From a bacterium (GTDB taxonomy: Bacteria > Bacteroidota > Ignavibacteria > Kapaibacteriales > UBA2268), in contig JANJTB010000026.1 in NCBI GenBank assembly GCA_024711295.1, forward strand, positions 48,808 to 112,807: a stretch of 64,000 nt of DNA, in the 5' to 3' direction. Under the pieces are notes generated by a model. That model made no database searches, was not told the DNA's origin, and saw nothing but the letters and a program-made list of their open reading frames with translations. This document shows positions 28,826-38,686 of this stretch, one piece after another (the first letter of the stretch is position 1; each line of letters begins with the position of its first letter). A program made the translations under genes and the position numbers.

Positions 28826-29454
28826 TATTTGATACTTGCCAAAATTGATTGAAAAATCTCATCAATATCCCTTGACGATGGCAGCACATTATTTTTAACA
28901 TTAACAGGTACAAGTGAAAATTCATAAAATTCACCTGTTGATGAAACAAATACTGCACTTTTCGCTACCAATGCACCACCGGTAATTGAGTACTCGTATT
29001 TGACGAACTCATGGCTCCCCATGTTGATTGTTTGGTACTTGCCAATCTGCTTAACAACACCCATTGTCTTGTTTTCGCGACGTTCGAATGAAGATCTTGC
29101 CAATCCGTAAAGTCCCTCTTTCTTGACTATGTCGCTTATCAATTCATTATTCCTCATGTGAGAGAATACAGCTGACAAAGTATAATCATCATTCATTGCA
29201 ACAGCAATTAAATCAGAATTTACTTTGGATTCAAGATCTACTAAAAACCACCTTTCAGGTAATAATGCAATCATATCACCAAGCTCTGAGCGTACAAGTA
29301 AATCCGACATTTTAAGGATAGGTTTAGGGCTCAGATTTATTTCCGGATCAATATTACTATATTCTTCTTCATGTATAACGATAATACACGAATTAAAAAT
29401 AAATGCTATTAAAAACAAAAAATACGATTTTTTTATAAAAAAGCTATATTTCAT
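28822..29454 (-). CDS. Hypothetical lipoprotein (210 aa)
   Basis: Signal plus Cys ('FIFNSCIIV'). Stop overlaps the queC start (ATGA-type coupling). Confidence 0.45.
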   Translation of the reverse strand: MKYSFFIKKSYFLFLIAFIFNSCIIVIHEEEYSNIDPEINLSPKPILKMSDLLVRSELGDMIALLPERWFLVDLESKVNSDLIAVAMNDDYTLSAVFSHMRNNELISDIVKKEGLYGLARSSFERRENKTMGVVKQIGKYQTINMGSHEFVKYEYSITGGALVAKSAVFVSSTGEFYEFSLVPVNVKNNVLPSSRDIDEIFQSILASIKY

Positions 29455-29464
29455 ATCTGATATT

Positions 29465-30262
29465 TTAATATTCTTCTACATGCAAAGAGCCGGACTGATC
29501 ATGCCCATGCTTAGTATAGTCATAATTAGAAAGATAATTTGTAACCGACTCAATCATTTTTGGATTTCCGCAAAGAAAGAAATGTGTTTTATCAGGATTT
29601 ATTTCGATACCTGCTTTTTCCTGCAAAATATTAGCTTGAAGGTGTTTTTCGATATATCCTGTTAGACCAGTCCAGGATACGTCAGCTTTGAGTAATGTAG
29701 GGAAATAATAAAAATTACTGAAAGCCTGCTGAATAAACTTAAGCTCGCTGTAATATCCCAAATCCCAAGGGTATCCTGCTCCATGAATTATTGCAAGCTT
29801 ACTATCTTTATGATCGTTGATGTGCGACCTCAAAAAACTCAAATATGGTGCTAATCCGGTGCCGGTAGCTATCATTACGATATTTGAATTCTCCGGAACA
29901 TCGTTCAAATTAAAAATTCCATGAATATGATTATCAATCCACATTCTTCTTCCTTGTGTAAGATTAAAGAGCCGTGGAGTGAGTTGACCGGATTTAACCT
30001 GACTAATGTAAAATTCAAACTCTGAAACTTCATGTTTAGCAGATGCAATTGAATAAGGTCTTTTAATAAGAACATTTTCTTTAACCGATTCAATAGTCAT
30101 TACTGAATTAGCAGATCTCTCTTCGTTGGATAATAAACCTATTGTTGTGTATTGACCAGCAATGAATTCATCTCTGGGTTCGTCTGTTCGAATTCTTAGA
30201 ACCATCAAATCTGGTGTAAGCAGTATTTTTCCAATTACTGTTGAGTTGTAAACAGAAGTCAT
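29465..30262 (-). CDS. Ferredoxin-NADP+ reductase-type FAD/NAD(P)-binding oxidoreductase
   Basis: 'RPYSIASA' (RxYS FAD-binding motif). NAD(P)-binding 'IVMIATGTGLAPYLSFL'. C-terminal aromatic Tyr. Confidence 0.75.
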   Translation of the reverse strand: MTSVYNSTVIGKILLTPDLMVLRIRTDEPRDEFIAGQYTTIGLLSNEERSANSVMTIESVKENVLIKRPYSIASAKHEVSEFEFYISQVKSGQLTPRLFNLTQGRRMWIDNHIHGIFNLNDVPENSNIVMIATGTGLAPYLSFLRSHINDHKDSKLAIIHGAGYPWDLGYYSELKFIQQAFSNFYYFPTLLKADVSWTGLTGYIEKHLQANILQEKAGIEINPDKTHFFLCGNPKMIESVTNYLSNYDYTKHGHDQSGSLHVEEY

Positions 30263-30513
30263 TTTTCTTTTCTAATTATTTCTACAAGTTGAGTACATTT
30301 TACAAAAATAATAAAGAATTTGCAAAATGGCATATATATATATATATTTGACGTAATTAACTCCTTTTTGATTATTTATAACCGATATTTTGTACTATTA
30401 TAACATATTGGTGTTAAATCAAAAAAAATAGCATAATTTCGCTGAATTTAATTGTTTTTCTGGCAAAAAAATCATAAATTAGAGTTTATTTAAAGATAAA
30501 ATCTCGAATAACT

Positions 30514-31137
30514 ATGTTTACGATTTATTTGGCTTGCCTTATTTTTGGTGGAATATTACTTTCAGCTTCATTATTTAGCTTTGGTGATAATCATTCAGAT
30601 ATCGATAATACAGATACCGGTCACTTAGATCATAACAATTTACCGGATACAGATACACACATAGATAAATCATTTCATCAATCTTCACTCACAAAAGAAT
30701 TAAGTAAACTTGGTGTTGCTCACGAAGCAGCACAGTTTTTCAGTTTTAGGAATTTCACTTATTTTACTGCTTTTTTTGGACTTACAGGCACGATGCTGAG
30801 CTTAATTGGTTTTGGAACTATCAGCACATTCCTGTCTTCATTAGGTTTAGGTAGTTTCAGTTTTGTTTTTGGTTACTTCTTAATGAAATACTTAAAAGAC
30901 AATGAATCCGGAAAAGAAGTTGAGTACAAAGACTTGATAGGCAAAACAGGTAAAGTATCATTAGATATCTCAAAAGCAAAGCATGGGAAAGTAATATTAA
31001 ATGCAGGCAACCAGGTGCGGGAATACAGTGCATTATTAAATGAATTTAGTGAAAACGAAACTTTGAAGAAAAATGATAGTATCATTGTATTAGATATTAT
31101 GAATGACCATCTGATTATAGATAAATCTGAACTTTAA
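30514..31137 (+). CDS. NfeD-family membrane protein (short form) with a His/Asp-rich N-terminal segment
   Basis: Transmembrane helices plus a C-terminal OB-fold ('GKTGKVSLDISKAKHGKVILNAGNQVREYSAL'). Immediately precedes the flotillin gene, the usual NfeD-SPFH pairing. Confidence 0.6.
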   Translation: MFTIYLACLIFGGILLSASLFSFGDNHSDIDNTDTGHLDHNNLPDTDTHIDKSFHQSSLTKELSKLGVAHEAAQFFSFRNFTYFTAFFGLTGTMLSLIGFGTISTFLSSLGLGSFSFVFGYFLMKYLKDNESGKEVEYKDLIGKTGKVSLDISKAKHGKVILNAGNQVREYSALLNEFSENETLKKNDSIIVLDIMNDHLIIDKSEL

Positions 31138-31151
31138 AAATTTATGGGAGA

Positions 31152-32843
31152 ATGTTTATGGACTTAATGGAATTTCTTTTACCTCTTGCCGGATTAGGAG
31201 CTGTTGCCATTATTGTAATTTTATTTACTATAAGTAAATTGCTCTTGATTGCTCACCCTAACGAAGTAATTATATTATCAGGTAGAAAACGTAAGCTTGA
31301 AAATGGCGAAGTTGTAGGCTACAGAACCATTCGTGGTGGAAGAACCATCAAAATACCCTTGCTCGAAAAAGCAACACGAATGTCATTAGAAACAATACCT
31401 ATTGAGCTGATGGTAAGTAATGCATATTCTAAAGGCGGCATTCCACTGAGAGTTGAGGCAATTGCCAACATCAAAATTGCTTCGAGCGAACCGTATTTCG
31501 GAAATGCTGTAGAGAGATTTTTGAATAGAAAAGAGCCTGAGATTCATGGAATCGCTAAAGATACATTAGAAGGCAACCTTAGAGGTGTTTTGGCATCTCT
31601 TACCCCTGAAGAAGTAAACGAAGACAGACTTAAATTTGCTGAAACATTAATGGACGAAGCTGACATTGATTTACAAAAACTTGGCCTTCAGCTTGATACT
31701 CTAAAAATTACCAATATTTCTGATGATAATGACTATCTGAACTCAATCGGTAGAGGCAAAACCGCTGAAGTAATTGCTAATGCAAAAAAAGTTGAAGCAG
31801 CAAAGAAAGCTGAATCCGAACAAGCAGAAGCTGAAGCTCAGGAAAGAGCAGAGCGCGCAAAAGCATTTGCTAAACAAAATATTGAGCAGGCACAAATTGA
31901 GTCAGAACAAAATGTGCTTGTATCCCGAGCAACAAAAGCTGCAGAAACCAGAGAAGCCGAAGCATTGGCAGAAGAAAGAGCTGCTAAAGCTCAGGCAAGA
32001 GCTAAACAAGAAATTGAACAAGCTCAAATTATTGCAGAACAAGGAATATTTATTGCCAATGCAAATAAAAAAGCAGCAACAGAAGAAGCAGATGCTTTAG
32101 CCAGAGAAAGAGCCGAGAAAGCACGTGCTACTGCAAAGCAATCAATTGAGCAGGCACAAATTGAGTCAGAAAGAAACGTACAAATTTCTAAAGCTCAAGC
32201 AGACCAGCAAATTGAAACTGAGAAAAACAACTATCGTATTAAAAAAGCAGAACTTGAAAAAATAGCAATCGTAAAAGAAAAAGAAGCTGAAGTTGCAGGT
32301 AGTAAAGCTAAAGTTAAATTCGAGCAAGAACTTGAAGAAGAAAGAATTATACTTCAAAAGAAAAGACTCGTAGCAGATATAATTGAGCCAGCAAAAGCCA
32401 AACGTGAAGCTATGGAGCTCGAGGCAAGAGGTCATGCATCCTCAATTGTAGCTGATGGTGAAGCACAGATCGACATTTTGAAGAAGAAGATTGAAGCTTA
32501 TATATCTGCACAAGGTTCAGGAGACAAGATTTTCATGCTGAACATGTTGCCACAAATTATTGAGCAATTGGTAACTACAGTCAAAGATGTGAAAATTGAT
32601 AAAATCAGCATAATTGATTCAGGTACGGGAAATGGGTCGCAATTTTCAAAAGTTGTAAATCAAGTACCCGGAGCAGTAGTCAACCTTGCAGAAATGCTTG
32701 AAAATGCAACTGGAATTGATATTCTAAAGTCTTTTCGGGATAACATTTCTTCAGTAATGCCTAATGCTGATGAGTATTTTGACAACATAGAGGATGTTAC
32801 AGGTGAATATGTTGACGAAGACGGCAATTTAAAGGACAATTAA
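31152..32843 (+). CDS. Flotillin-like SPFH/band-7 protein (FloT/YqiK-like) with Ala/Glu-rich repeats
   Basis: N-terminal transmembrane segment, SPFH core ('RTIRGGRTIKIPLLEKA...') and tandem EA-rich repeats. Confidence 0.8.
   Translation: MFMDLMEFLLPLAGLGAVAIIVILFTISKLLLIAHPNEVIILSGRKRKLENGEVVGYRTIRGGRTIKIPLLEKATRMSLETIPIELMVSNAYSKGGIPLRVEAIANIKIASSEPYFGNAVERFLNRKEPEIHGIAKDTLEGNLRGVLASLTPEEVNEDRLKFAETLMDEADIDLQKLGLQLDTLKITNISDDNDYLNSIGRGKTAEVIANAKKVEAAKKAESEQAEAEAQERAERAKAFAKQNIEQAQIESEQNVLVSRATKAAETREAEALAEERAAKAQARAKQEIEQAQIIAEQGIFIANANKKAATEEADALARERAEKARATAKQSIEQAQIESERNVQISKAQADQQIETEKNNYRIKKAELEKIAIVKEKEAEVAGSKAKVKFEQELEEERIILQKKRLVADIIEPAKAKREAMELEARGHASSIVADGEAQIDILKKKIEAYISAQGSGDKIFMLNMLPQIIEQLVTTVKDVKIDKISIIDSGTGNGSQFSKVVNQVPGAVVNLAEMLENATGIDILKSFRDNISSVMPNADEYFDNIEDVTGEYVDEDGNLKDN
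31820..32200 (+). repeat. Three tandem 44-codon coding repeats (flotillin EA repeats)
   Basis: Peptide repeats 'KQNIEQAQIESEQNV...AEERAAKAQARA', 'KQEIEQAQIIAEQGI...RERAEKARATA' and 'KQSIEQAQIESERNV...'. These give rise to the spurious alternate-frame ORFs at 31774-32100 and 32166-32435. Confidence 0.5.
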
Positions 32844-32908
32844 TCATTTCTTGTTAATTATAAGTGTCCTGCATATTTCAAATTGAAAAGTGATTTTGCA
32901 GGACACAT

Positions 32909-33907
32909 TTGTATATGAAAGATAATAAAATTTATATAATACTATGTTTTGTAAGTGTAATAATTTCTTTTATTACACATTTCGGATATATTTCTGGATA
33001 CACGAAGGATGTTGCATCGAATACAACAATGAGAAGTCAGTATGATTCAGGCATATATAAGTACAGAATACTGTCAAAATATATGATTGTTTTTGTTGAT
33101 AATGTATTACAGAAAACACCATTAAATAAAATGGAAAATAATTTATCAAGAATTACAAAATTCATCGATAAAGATGGGCAATTAAGCTTTTACTTTTCGT
33201 ATTTTGCCATTAATTCAATATTTCTTGTGCTATTTGCAACAACATTTTTCAAAATAATGGTCTTGCTTGAAATTAATCCTAACAAGAAATATATTTTAGC
33301 CGTTACAATTGTTACTTGTATATCTTTATCTCTTTTTCAATATGTGTTGGTTTTTTATGATTATTCTTCATATTTTTTTAACATACTAATTATTTATTTA
33401 TTTCATAAATATCTAATATCAAATTCCAAAACAATATTAGCATTAATGTCTCTTACGGTTATAATTGCTACTTTTAACAGAGAAACTGCCGCTTTATCAA
33501 TTTCATATATGATAGCATTTCTATTTGATTCTACAGAAAAAAGAATGTCACATTCAAAATTTCTGGTTTTTCCAATTCTTAGCTATGTAATATCTTATTT
33601 AGTATTGAGAATTTTGTTTGGTTTCGAGGATGGACTGATGAATAAAGTAACATTAACGTTAAATCTTGTTTCACCTTTAAACCTTTTTGGAATTTTTGTC
33701 TTTATTTTTTCTGTATATATGTTTTACTTATTTTCGAACAACAGAAAAGCGACACAAAAGCTTAATTATTTACTAATTTTCTCTATACCCTATTTACTGG
33801 TATCATTTATATCCGGAATTACTTTCGAAATCAGATTATGGGTGCCGGTAATGATTAATATGTTTATTTTGTTGTTATTTTTTAATTTTAAAGGACTAAA
33901 AGAATGA
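32909..33907 (+). CDS. Hypothetical polytopic membrane protein (332 aa)
   Basis: About 9-10 hydrophobic helices. Conserved-looking 'IIATFNRETAALSISYMIAFLFD' loop. No confident family assignment. Confidence 0.45.
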   Translation: MYMKDNKIYIILCFVSVIISFITHFGYISGYTKDVASNTTMRSQYDSGIYKYRILSKYMIVFVDNVLQKTPLNKMENNLSRITKFIDKDGQLSFYFSYFAINSIFLVLFATTFFKIMVLLEINPNKKYILAVTIVTCISLSLFQYVLVFYDYSSYFFNILIIYLFHKYLISNSKTILALMSLTVIIATFNRETAALSISYMIAFLFDSTEKRMSHSKFLVFPILSYVISYLVLRILFGFEDGLMNKVTLTLNLVSPLNLFGIFVFIFSVYMFYLFSNNRKATQKLNYLLIFSIPYLLVSFISGITFEIRLWVPVMINMFILLLFFNFKGLKE

Positions 33908-34209
33908 TTACTTATAGTGTGTTTATTTACTTAAAGAAAGTAGCAGAATCAGATTGGTTGAATTTTATGAAACAAAAGCACATCGAAGAAGTAATGAATA
34001 CCGGATGTTTTATTGAATATAAATTTAAGAAGCAAATTGAATCAGACAATGAGGATGAAGTAAATTTCAGAATTGATTACTATCTAAAAAATATGGATAA
34101 AATGAATGAATACATTGAAATACATTCTACTGCACTAAAGCAAGATGTATTAGATAGATTTGGAGGATACTTCAGAGCTGAACGCAGAATTTATGAACAT
34201 ATTGAATGA
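33904..34209 (+). CDS. Small hypothetical protein (101 aa, DUF4286-like), translationally coupled to the upstream membrane protein
   Basis: The ATG overlaps the upstream TGA (ATGA). The family assignment is tentative. Confidence 0.4.
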   Translation: MITYSVFIYLKKVAESDWLNFMKQKHIEEVMNTGCFIEYKFKKQIESDNEDEVNFRIDYYLKNMDKMNEYIEIHSTALKQDVLDRFGGYFRAERRIYEHIE

Positions 34210-34302
34210 AATACTCTATTCAAACAAATAAAGGCTTATTATTATGAGCAAAATCATTAAATTTGCTTATTAATTTGAACACAAATAAAATTTATTATCT
34301 AA

Positions 34303-37300
34303 ATGTATAGATATTTCGGAATATGTCTTGGTGCTTCCTCAATTTCCTATGTTGAGTTACAAAAAAGTATTGACGAAAACATATTTATTTCCAAAAGCGG
34401 TAGCATTCAGCATTTTGGGAAGCCCAGAGCTGTTGTTGACAGCTTAATATCTAAATACAATCTCGCATCAGCAAATGTTGTTTTTACAGGAAGAAAACTA
34501 CTCAAAAATATTAACCATTCCAGCATTCCTGAGCCCTTGGCAACCGAATACGCCTACAGATTCTCTTTTGATAATTATGAACACTCTGGTATAACAACTT
34601 TAGGTGGAGAAACATTTTTATTATATACTTTAGATAAAGAAGGTAGAATCAGCGACGTAATTGCCAAAAATCAATGTGCTTCCGGAACAGGCGAATTCTA
34701 CCTACAGCAACTTAAGAGAATGAACCTTACCTTGGAAGACTCACAGGAAATATCACAAAACTCAGCACCATTTAAAGTTTCTGGCAGATGCTCTGTTTTC
34801 TGTAAATCTGATTGTACTCACGCACTCAACAAAGGAGTACCTAAAGGTGAAGTAAATTCAGGTTTGGCATTGATGATTGCTGATAAAATTGAAGAGTTGG
34901 TAAACAAGAACGGAAAGGGGAAAATTGTTGCTATTGGCGGTGTTACCAATAATAAGTTAGTGATGGATTTCCTTAAAAGTAAAGGTATTGATTTTGTTAT
35001 TCCTAAAGTTGCAGACCAGTTTGAAGCATTAGGTGCAGCTCTTCATTCAATAGAATTTGGTTATCCAATAAATGATCATGACAAAATTTATATTGAGAAT
35101 TTATCTTCATTTTCTTATCACCCATCTCTAGAAAGTGGTAAAAATAAAGTCATTTTTAAAGAATGGAACAAACAGAATGATATTAAGTTAAGTGAGCATG
35201 AATTTGTACTCGGACTAGATGTAGGTTCAACAACTACAAAAGCAGTAATTATTGATTTAACAGAAAGTAGAATAATTGCAAAAACATACCTCTATACTAA
35301 TGGTGATCCAATTGCAGCTTCACGGAATTGCTACAAAAATCTAATTGAGCAAGTCGGAGACGACTTAAATTTAATTGGTATAGGAACTACTGGTTCAGGA
35401 AGGCAAATTTCTGCACTTCATGCTATGACGGAAGGAGTTGTGAACGAAATAATTGCACATGCTACCGCAGCAGTTCACTTCGACAATCAGGTTGATACAA
35501 TTTTTGAAATTGGTGGACAAGACGCCAAATATACTTATATCATAAATGGAGTGCCTGCAGATTATGCCATGAATGAAGCCTGCTCTGCCGGTACCGGCTC
35601 ATTTATCGAAGAATCAGCAAGTGAATCTCTTGGAATAAGTGTCAGAGATATACAAGAAATCGCCTTCAAAGCAATCAATCCACCAAATTTTAGTGACCAG
35701 TGTGCAGCTTTCATAAGTTCTGATATCAAAACAGCTCAACAGGAGAATATCCCCAATCATGAGATAGTCGGTGGACTAGTTTATTCGATATGTCAGAATT
35801 ACGTAAATCGTGTAATAGGCAACAGAACTATCGGTAACAAAGTTTTTATGCAAGGTGGCGTTTGTTACAATCAAGCTATACCTACTGCAATGGCAGTTCT
35901 TACAAATAAAGAAATAATAGTACCACCTGACCCGGGATTAATGGGAGCTTATGGTGTTGCTCTGGTTATCAGGCAGAAAATCTTAACTAATCAGCTTAAA
36001 AAAGGAAATTACAAACTATCTGAATTGGCTTTTAGAGAAGTTATATACAAAAAGCCTTTTGAATGTCTGGGTGGAAAAGAGAAATGTGATAGAAATTGTA
36101 CAATCAATATTATCGAAGTTAAGGGTAAAAAATTCCCCTTCGGTGGGGCATGCAATAAATACTATAACCACAAAACCGAACTCAAATTTTCGACTGATAA
36201 GTTTGATATTGTCAAAAAAAGACACCGATTGCTATTCAAGGATTATTACGAAAGCAATTATATCATAGGTGCAAAATCAATAGGTATTAATCTTTCATTT
36301 AATACTCAAACAATATTTCCTTTGTTCTATAACTTTTTCAGAGAATTGGGATTTAATATCATTTTACCTGATAATGTTGACCAACAAGGAATTGATTTAG
36401 AAACTACATCATACTGCTACCCTGCACAATTATCACTCGGACTATTCCACAATTTATTGAATAAACAACCTGATTATTTGTTTGTACCTGCTATTTATGA
36501 AATGTTTACCGAAGATAATGAGCCACAAAGACTAGATTTTAATTGTTCATGTGTGTTTGTCAGTGGCGAACCATTCTATCTAAAGCAAACGTTTAAGAAT
36601 CTGATTGACAAAGGTAAAATTATTGACAGTTCACTCAATTTTTCTACTGGATATGGTACTCAGCTTAAACAATTTATTCAGATTGCAAATCAGTTAGGGG
36701 TATTTGATAATGTTATTATTTCGAAAGCTTATCAAAATGCAGTGAACAAACAATCGTATTTTGAAGAGCAATTAAAACAAATTGGTCATGATATATTAGA
36801 ATATTTGAGTAACAACCCTGATGAATTCGGAATTGTTATTTTTGGCCGTCCGTATAATGCTTTTGCAGATTTTGCCAATAAAAATATCCCGCGCAAGTTT
36901 GCTTCATTTGGAGTATTTGCGATTCCTTATGATGTGTTTGATTTCGGCAATATGAAGTCTCCAAAGGATATGTTTTGGGAGGGTGGCAAGAAAATTCTAA
37001 AAGCAGCGAGTTTTATTAAAGATAATAATCAACTTTTTGCAACATACATAACAAATTTTTCATGTGGACCTGACTCTATGATCATGCATAGTTTCAGAGA
37101 AATAATGGGTACAAAGCCTTCTTTGACATTAGAGCTTGATGGACACACCGCGGATGCAGGTATCAATACCAGGATTGAAGCGGCTTTAGATATAATAAGG
37201 AATTATAAAAGTATATCAGGCAACATAATGAGCGAGGAAAGATTAAATTACTCTCAAGCTTATATTGACTACCAAAAGGATATAAATTTCTTCGTTAAAT

Positions 37301-38607
37301 CAGATGGTTCAAAAATTCCATTGAATGATAAATCAGTAAAAATATTGATTCCTTCAATGGGAGACTTAAACAGCAGAATGTTCGCTGCTGCACTAAGGTC
37401 TTTAGGATTTAATGCAGAAAGCTTACCACCATCAAATGCCAAAATCATAAAATATGGCAGAGAAAATGCAAGTGGAAAGGAATGTTTGCCTCTATTGATA
37501 CTTGCCGGTTCATTGGTTGATTATGTAGAAAACCGTTGGGATGGAAAAGAAAATCTTGCGTTTTTCAATGTTCAAGGAGCAGGGAATTGCAGATTAGGTC
37601 AATATCCTGTATTCCTTAGCAGATTGATAAATAATAAAAAACTCGAGAACGTCGCATTGATGGTACTAATGAATGAGGATGGATTTGCCGGATTTGGTTC
37701 AAAATTTGCAATGCGTGGAATTCAAGCCATCATGATTGGTGACGTTTTAGATGATATCAGGTCAGCTATCATTGCCAATAGTGTTGATCCCGAAAGTGGT
37801 TTGATAATATTTGAAGAAGAGTTTAAAATTTTATCGCAGAGTTTTGAACAACATCCTGACAATATTCATCAACATTTGCTGAAGTTTGCTAAAACAATAA
37901 AAAATAAAATTCCTTGCAGAGTTCCAATTGAAAATTCAAAATTTATAGCCTTACTTGGGGAAATATATGTGCGTCGTGATGGATTTTCACACAAACATCT
38001 GAACAAAAAGCTTGGCAAACAGGGATTTGTAGTAAAATCGGCACATATAACCGAATGGATCATGTATGTAGATTATCTGCTGAAAATTGACTTATTGGAG
38101 CCGGACAAATCTCTTAAGAATAAGGTTGAAAGAGAGATTCGTAATTATTTTATGAGGCAACAAGAGAAAAAGATTAAGAGAATCCTTGAGAAAAGCGGTT
38201 ATTATAAATTTAACAAAACAGAAATTAAACCACTTCTCGACCACAGCAAACACATCATTCCCTTAGAGTTCAAAGGTGAACCAGGACTTACATTAGGCAC
38301 TGCAATGCATGAGTCTTTGGAAAAATACTGTGGCATAATTAATGTAGGCCCATTCGGTTGCTTGCCGACAAGATTTACCGAAGCTGTTTCAGTACCTGAG
38401 ATGAAATCTCAGAATAAGTTTGAGATAAAACAAAAATTAAATCCATCTGCTCATATTTCAACTGCATTTAATGGTCATACCACAATACCATTTCTCACAA
38501 TTGAGGTAGATGGCAATACATTCCCACAGGTTGTAGAAGCAAAGCTCGAAGCATTTGCCATGCAGGCAAATAGGATATCGGAAGTTATGAGTTTACAAAA
38601 AAAATAA
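34303..38607 (+). CDS. Giant fused acyl-CoA dehydratase activase-related protein: two BadF/BadG/BcrA/BcrD (ASKHA) ATPase modules plus a large C-terminal activase-associated domain (DUF2229-like)
   Basis: 1434 aa. Module 1 'GICLGASSISYVEL...NQCASGTGEFY'. Module 2 'VLGLDVGSTTTKAVIID...EACSAGTGSFIE...DQCAAFISSD...QGGVCYNQAI', the HgdC/activase signature. A roughly 850-aa Cys-containing C-terminal domain follows. Confidence 0.7.
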   Translation: MYRYFGICLGASSISYVELQKSIDENIFISKSGSIQHFGKPRAVVDSLISKYNLASANVVFTGRKLLKNINHSSIPEPLATEYAYRFSFDNYEHSGITTLGGETFLLYTLDKEGRISDVIAKNQCASGTGEFYLQQLKRMNLTLEDSQEISQNSAPFKVSGRCSVFCKSDCTHALNKGVPKGEVNSGLALMIADKIEELVNKNGKGKIVAIGGVTNNKLVMDFLKSKGIDFVIPKVADQFEALGAALHSIEFGYPINDHDKIYIENLSSFSYHPSLESGKNKVIFKEWNKQNDIKLSEHEFVLGLDVGSTTTKAVIIDLTESRIIAKTYLYTNGDPIAASRNCYKNLIEQVGDDLNLIGIGTTGSGRQISALHAMTEGVVNEIIAHATAAVHFDNQVDTIFEIGGQDAKYTYIINGVPADYAMNEACSAGTGSFIEESASESLGISVRDIQEIAFKAINPPNFSDQCAAFISSDIKTAQQENIPNHEIVGGLVYSICQNYVNRVIGNRTIGNKVFMQGGVCYNQAIPTAMAVLTNKEIIVPPDPGLMGAYGVALVIRQKILTNQLKKGNYKLSELAFREVIYKKPFECLGGKEKCDRNCTINIIEVKGKKFPFGGACNKYYNHKTELKFSTDKFDIVKKRHRLLFKDYYESNYIIGAKSIGINLSFNTQTIFPLFYNFFRELGFNIILPDNVDQQGIDLETTSYCYPAQLSLGLFHNLLNKQPDYLFVPAIYEMFTEDNEPQRLDFNCSCVFVSGEPFYLKQTFKNLIDKGKIIDSSLNFSTGYGTQLKQFIQIANQLGVFDNVIISKAYQNAVNKQSYFEEQLKQIGHDILEYLSNNPDEFGIVIFGRPYNAFADFANKNIPRKFASFGVFAIPYDVFDFGNMKSPKDMFWEGGKKILKAASFIKDNNQLFATYITNFSCGPDSMIMHSFREIMGTKPSLTLELDGHTADAGINTRIEAALDIIRNYKSISGNIMSEERLNYSQAYIDYQKDINFFVKSDGSKIPLNDKSVKILIPSMGDLNSRMFAAALRSLGFNAESLPPSNAKIIKYGRENASGKECLPLLILAGSLVDYVENRWDGKENLAFFNVQGAGNCRLGQYPVFLSRLINNKKLENVALMVLMNEDGFAGFGSKFAMRGIQAIMIGDVLDDIRSAIIANSVDPESGLIIFEEEFKILSQSFEQHPDNIHQHLLKFAKTIKNKIPCRVPIENSKFIALLGEIYVRRDGFSHKHLNKKLGKQGFVVKSAHITEWIMYVDYLLKIDLLEPDKSLKNKVEREIRNYFMRQQEKKIKRILEKSGYYKFNKTEIKPLLDHSKHIIPLEFKGEPGLTLGTAMHESLEKYCGIINVGPFGCLPTRFTEAVSVPEMKSQNKFEIKQKLNPSAHISTAFNGHTTIPFLTIEVDGNTFPQVVEAKLEAFAMQANRISEVMSLQKK

Positions 38608-38686
38608 TTTCAGAAACCCTAATTTAATCATAATTCTTAGGGATTACAATCGTTAATCATATTTTATTAATTGAAATTTCTAAGAA

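Noticed and set aside
31774-32435. Alternate-frame ORFs (108 aa on plus, 89 aa on minus) inside the flotillin gene
   Set aside because: They arise from the low-complexity GCA/GAA-rich EA-repeat region. The flotillin frame is the one with SPFH homology.
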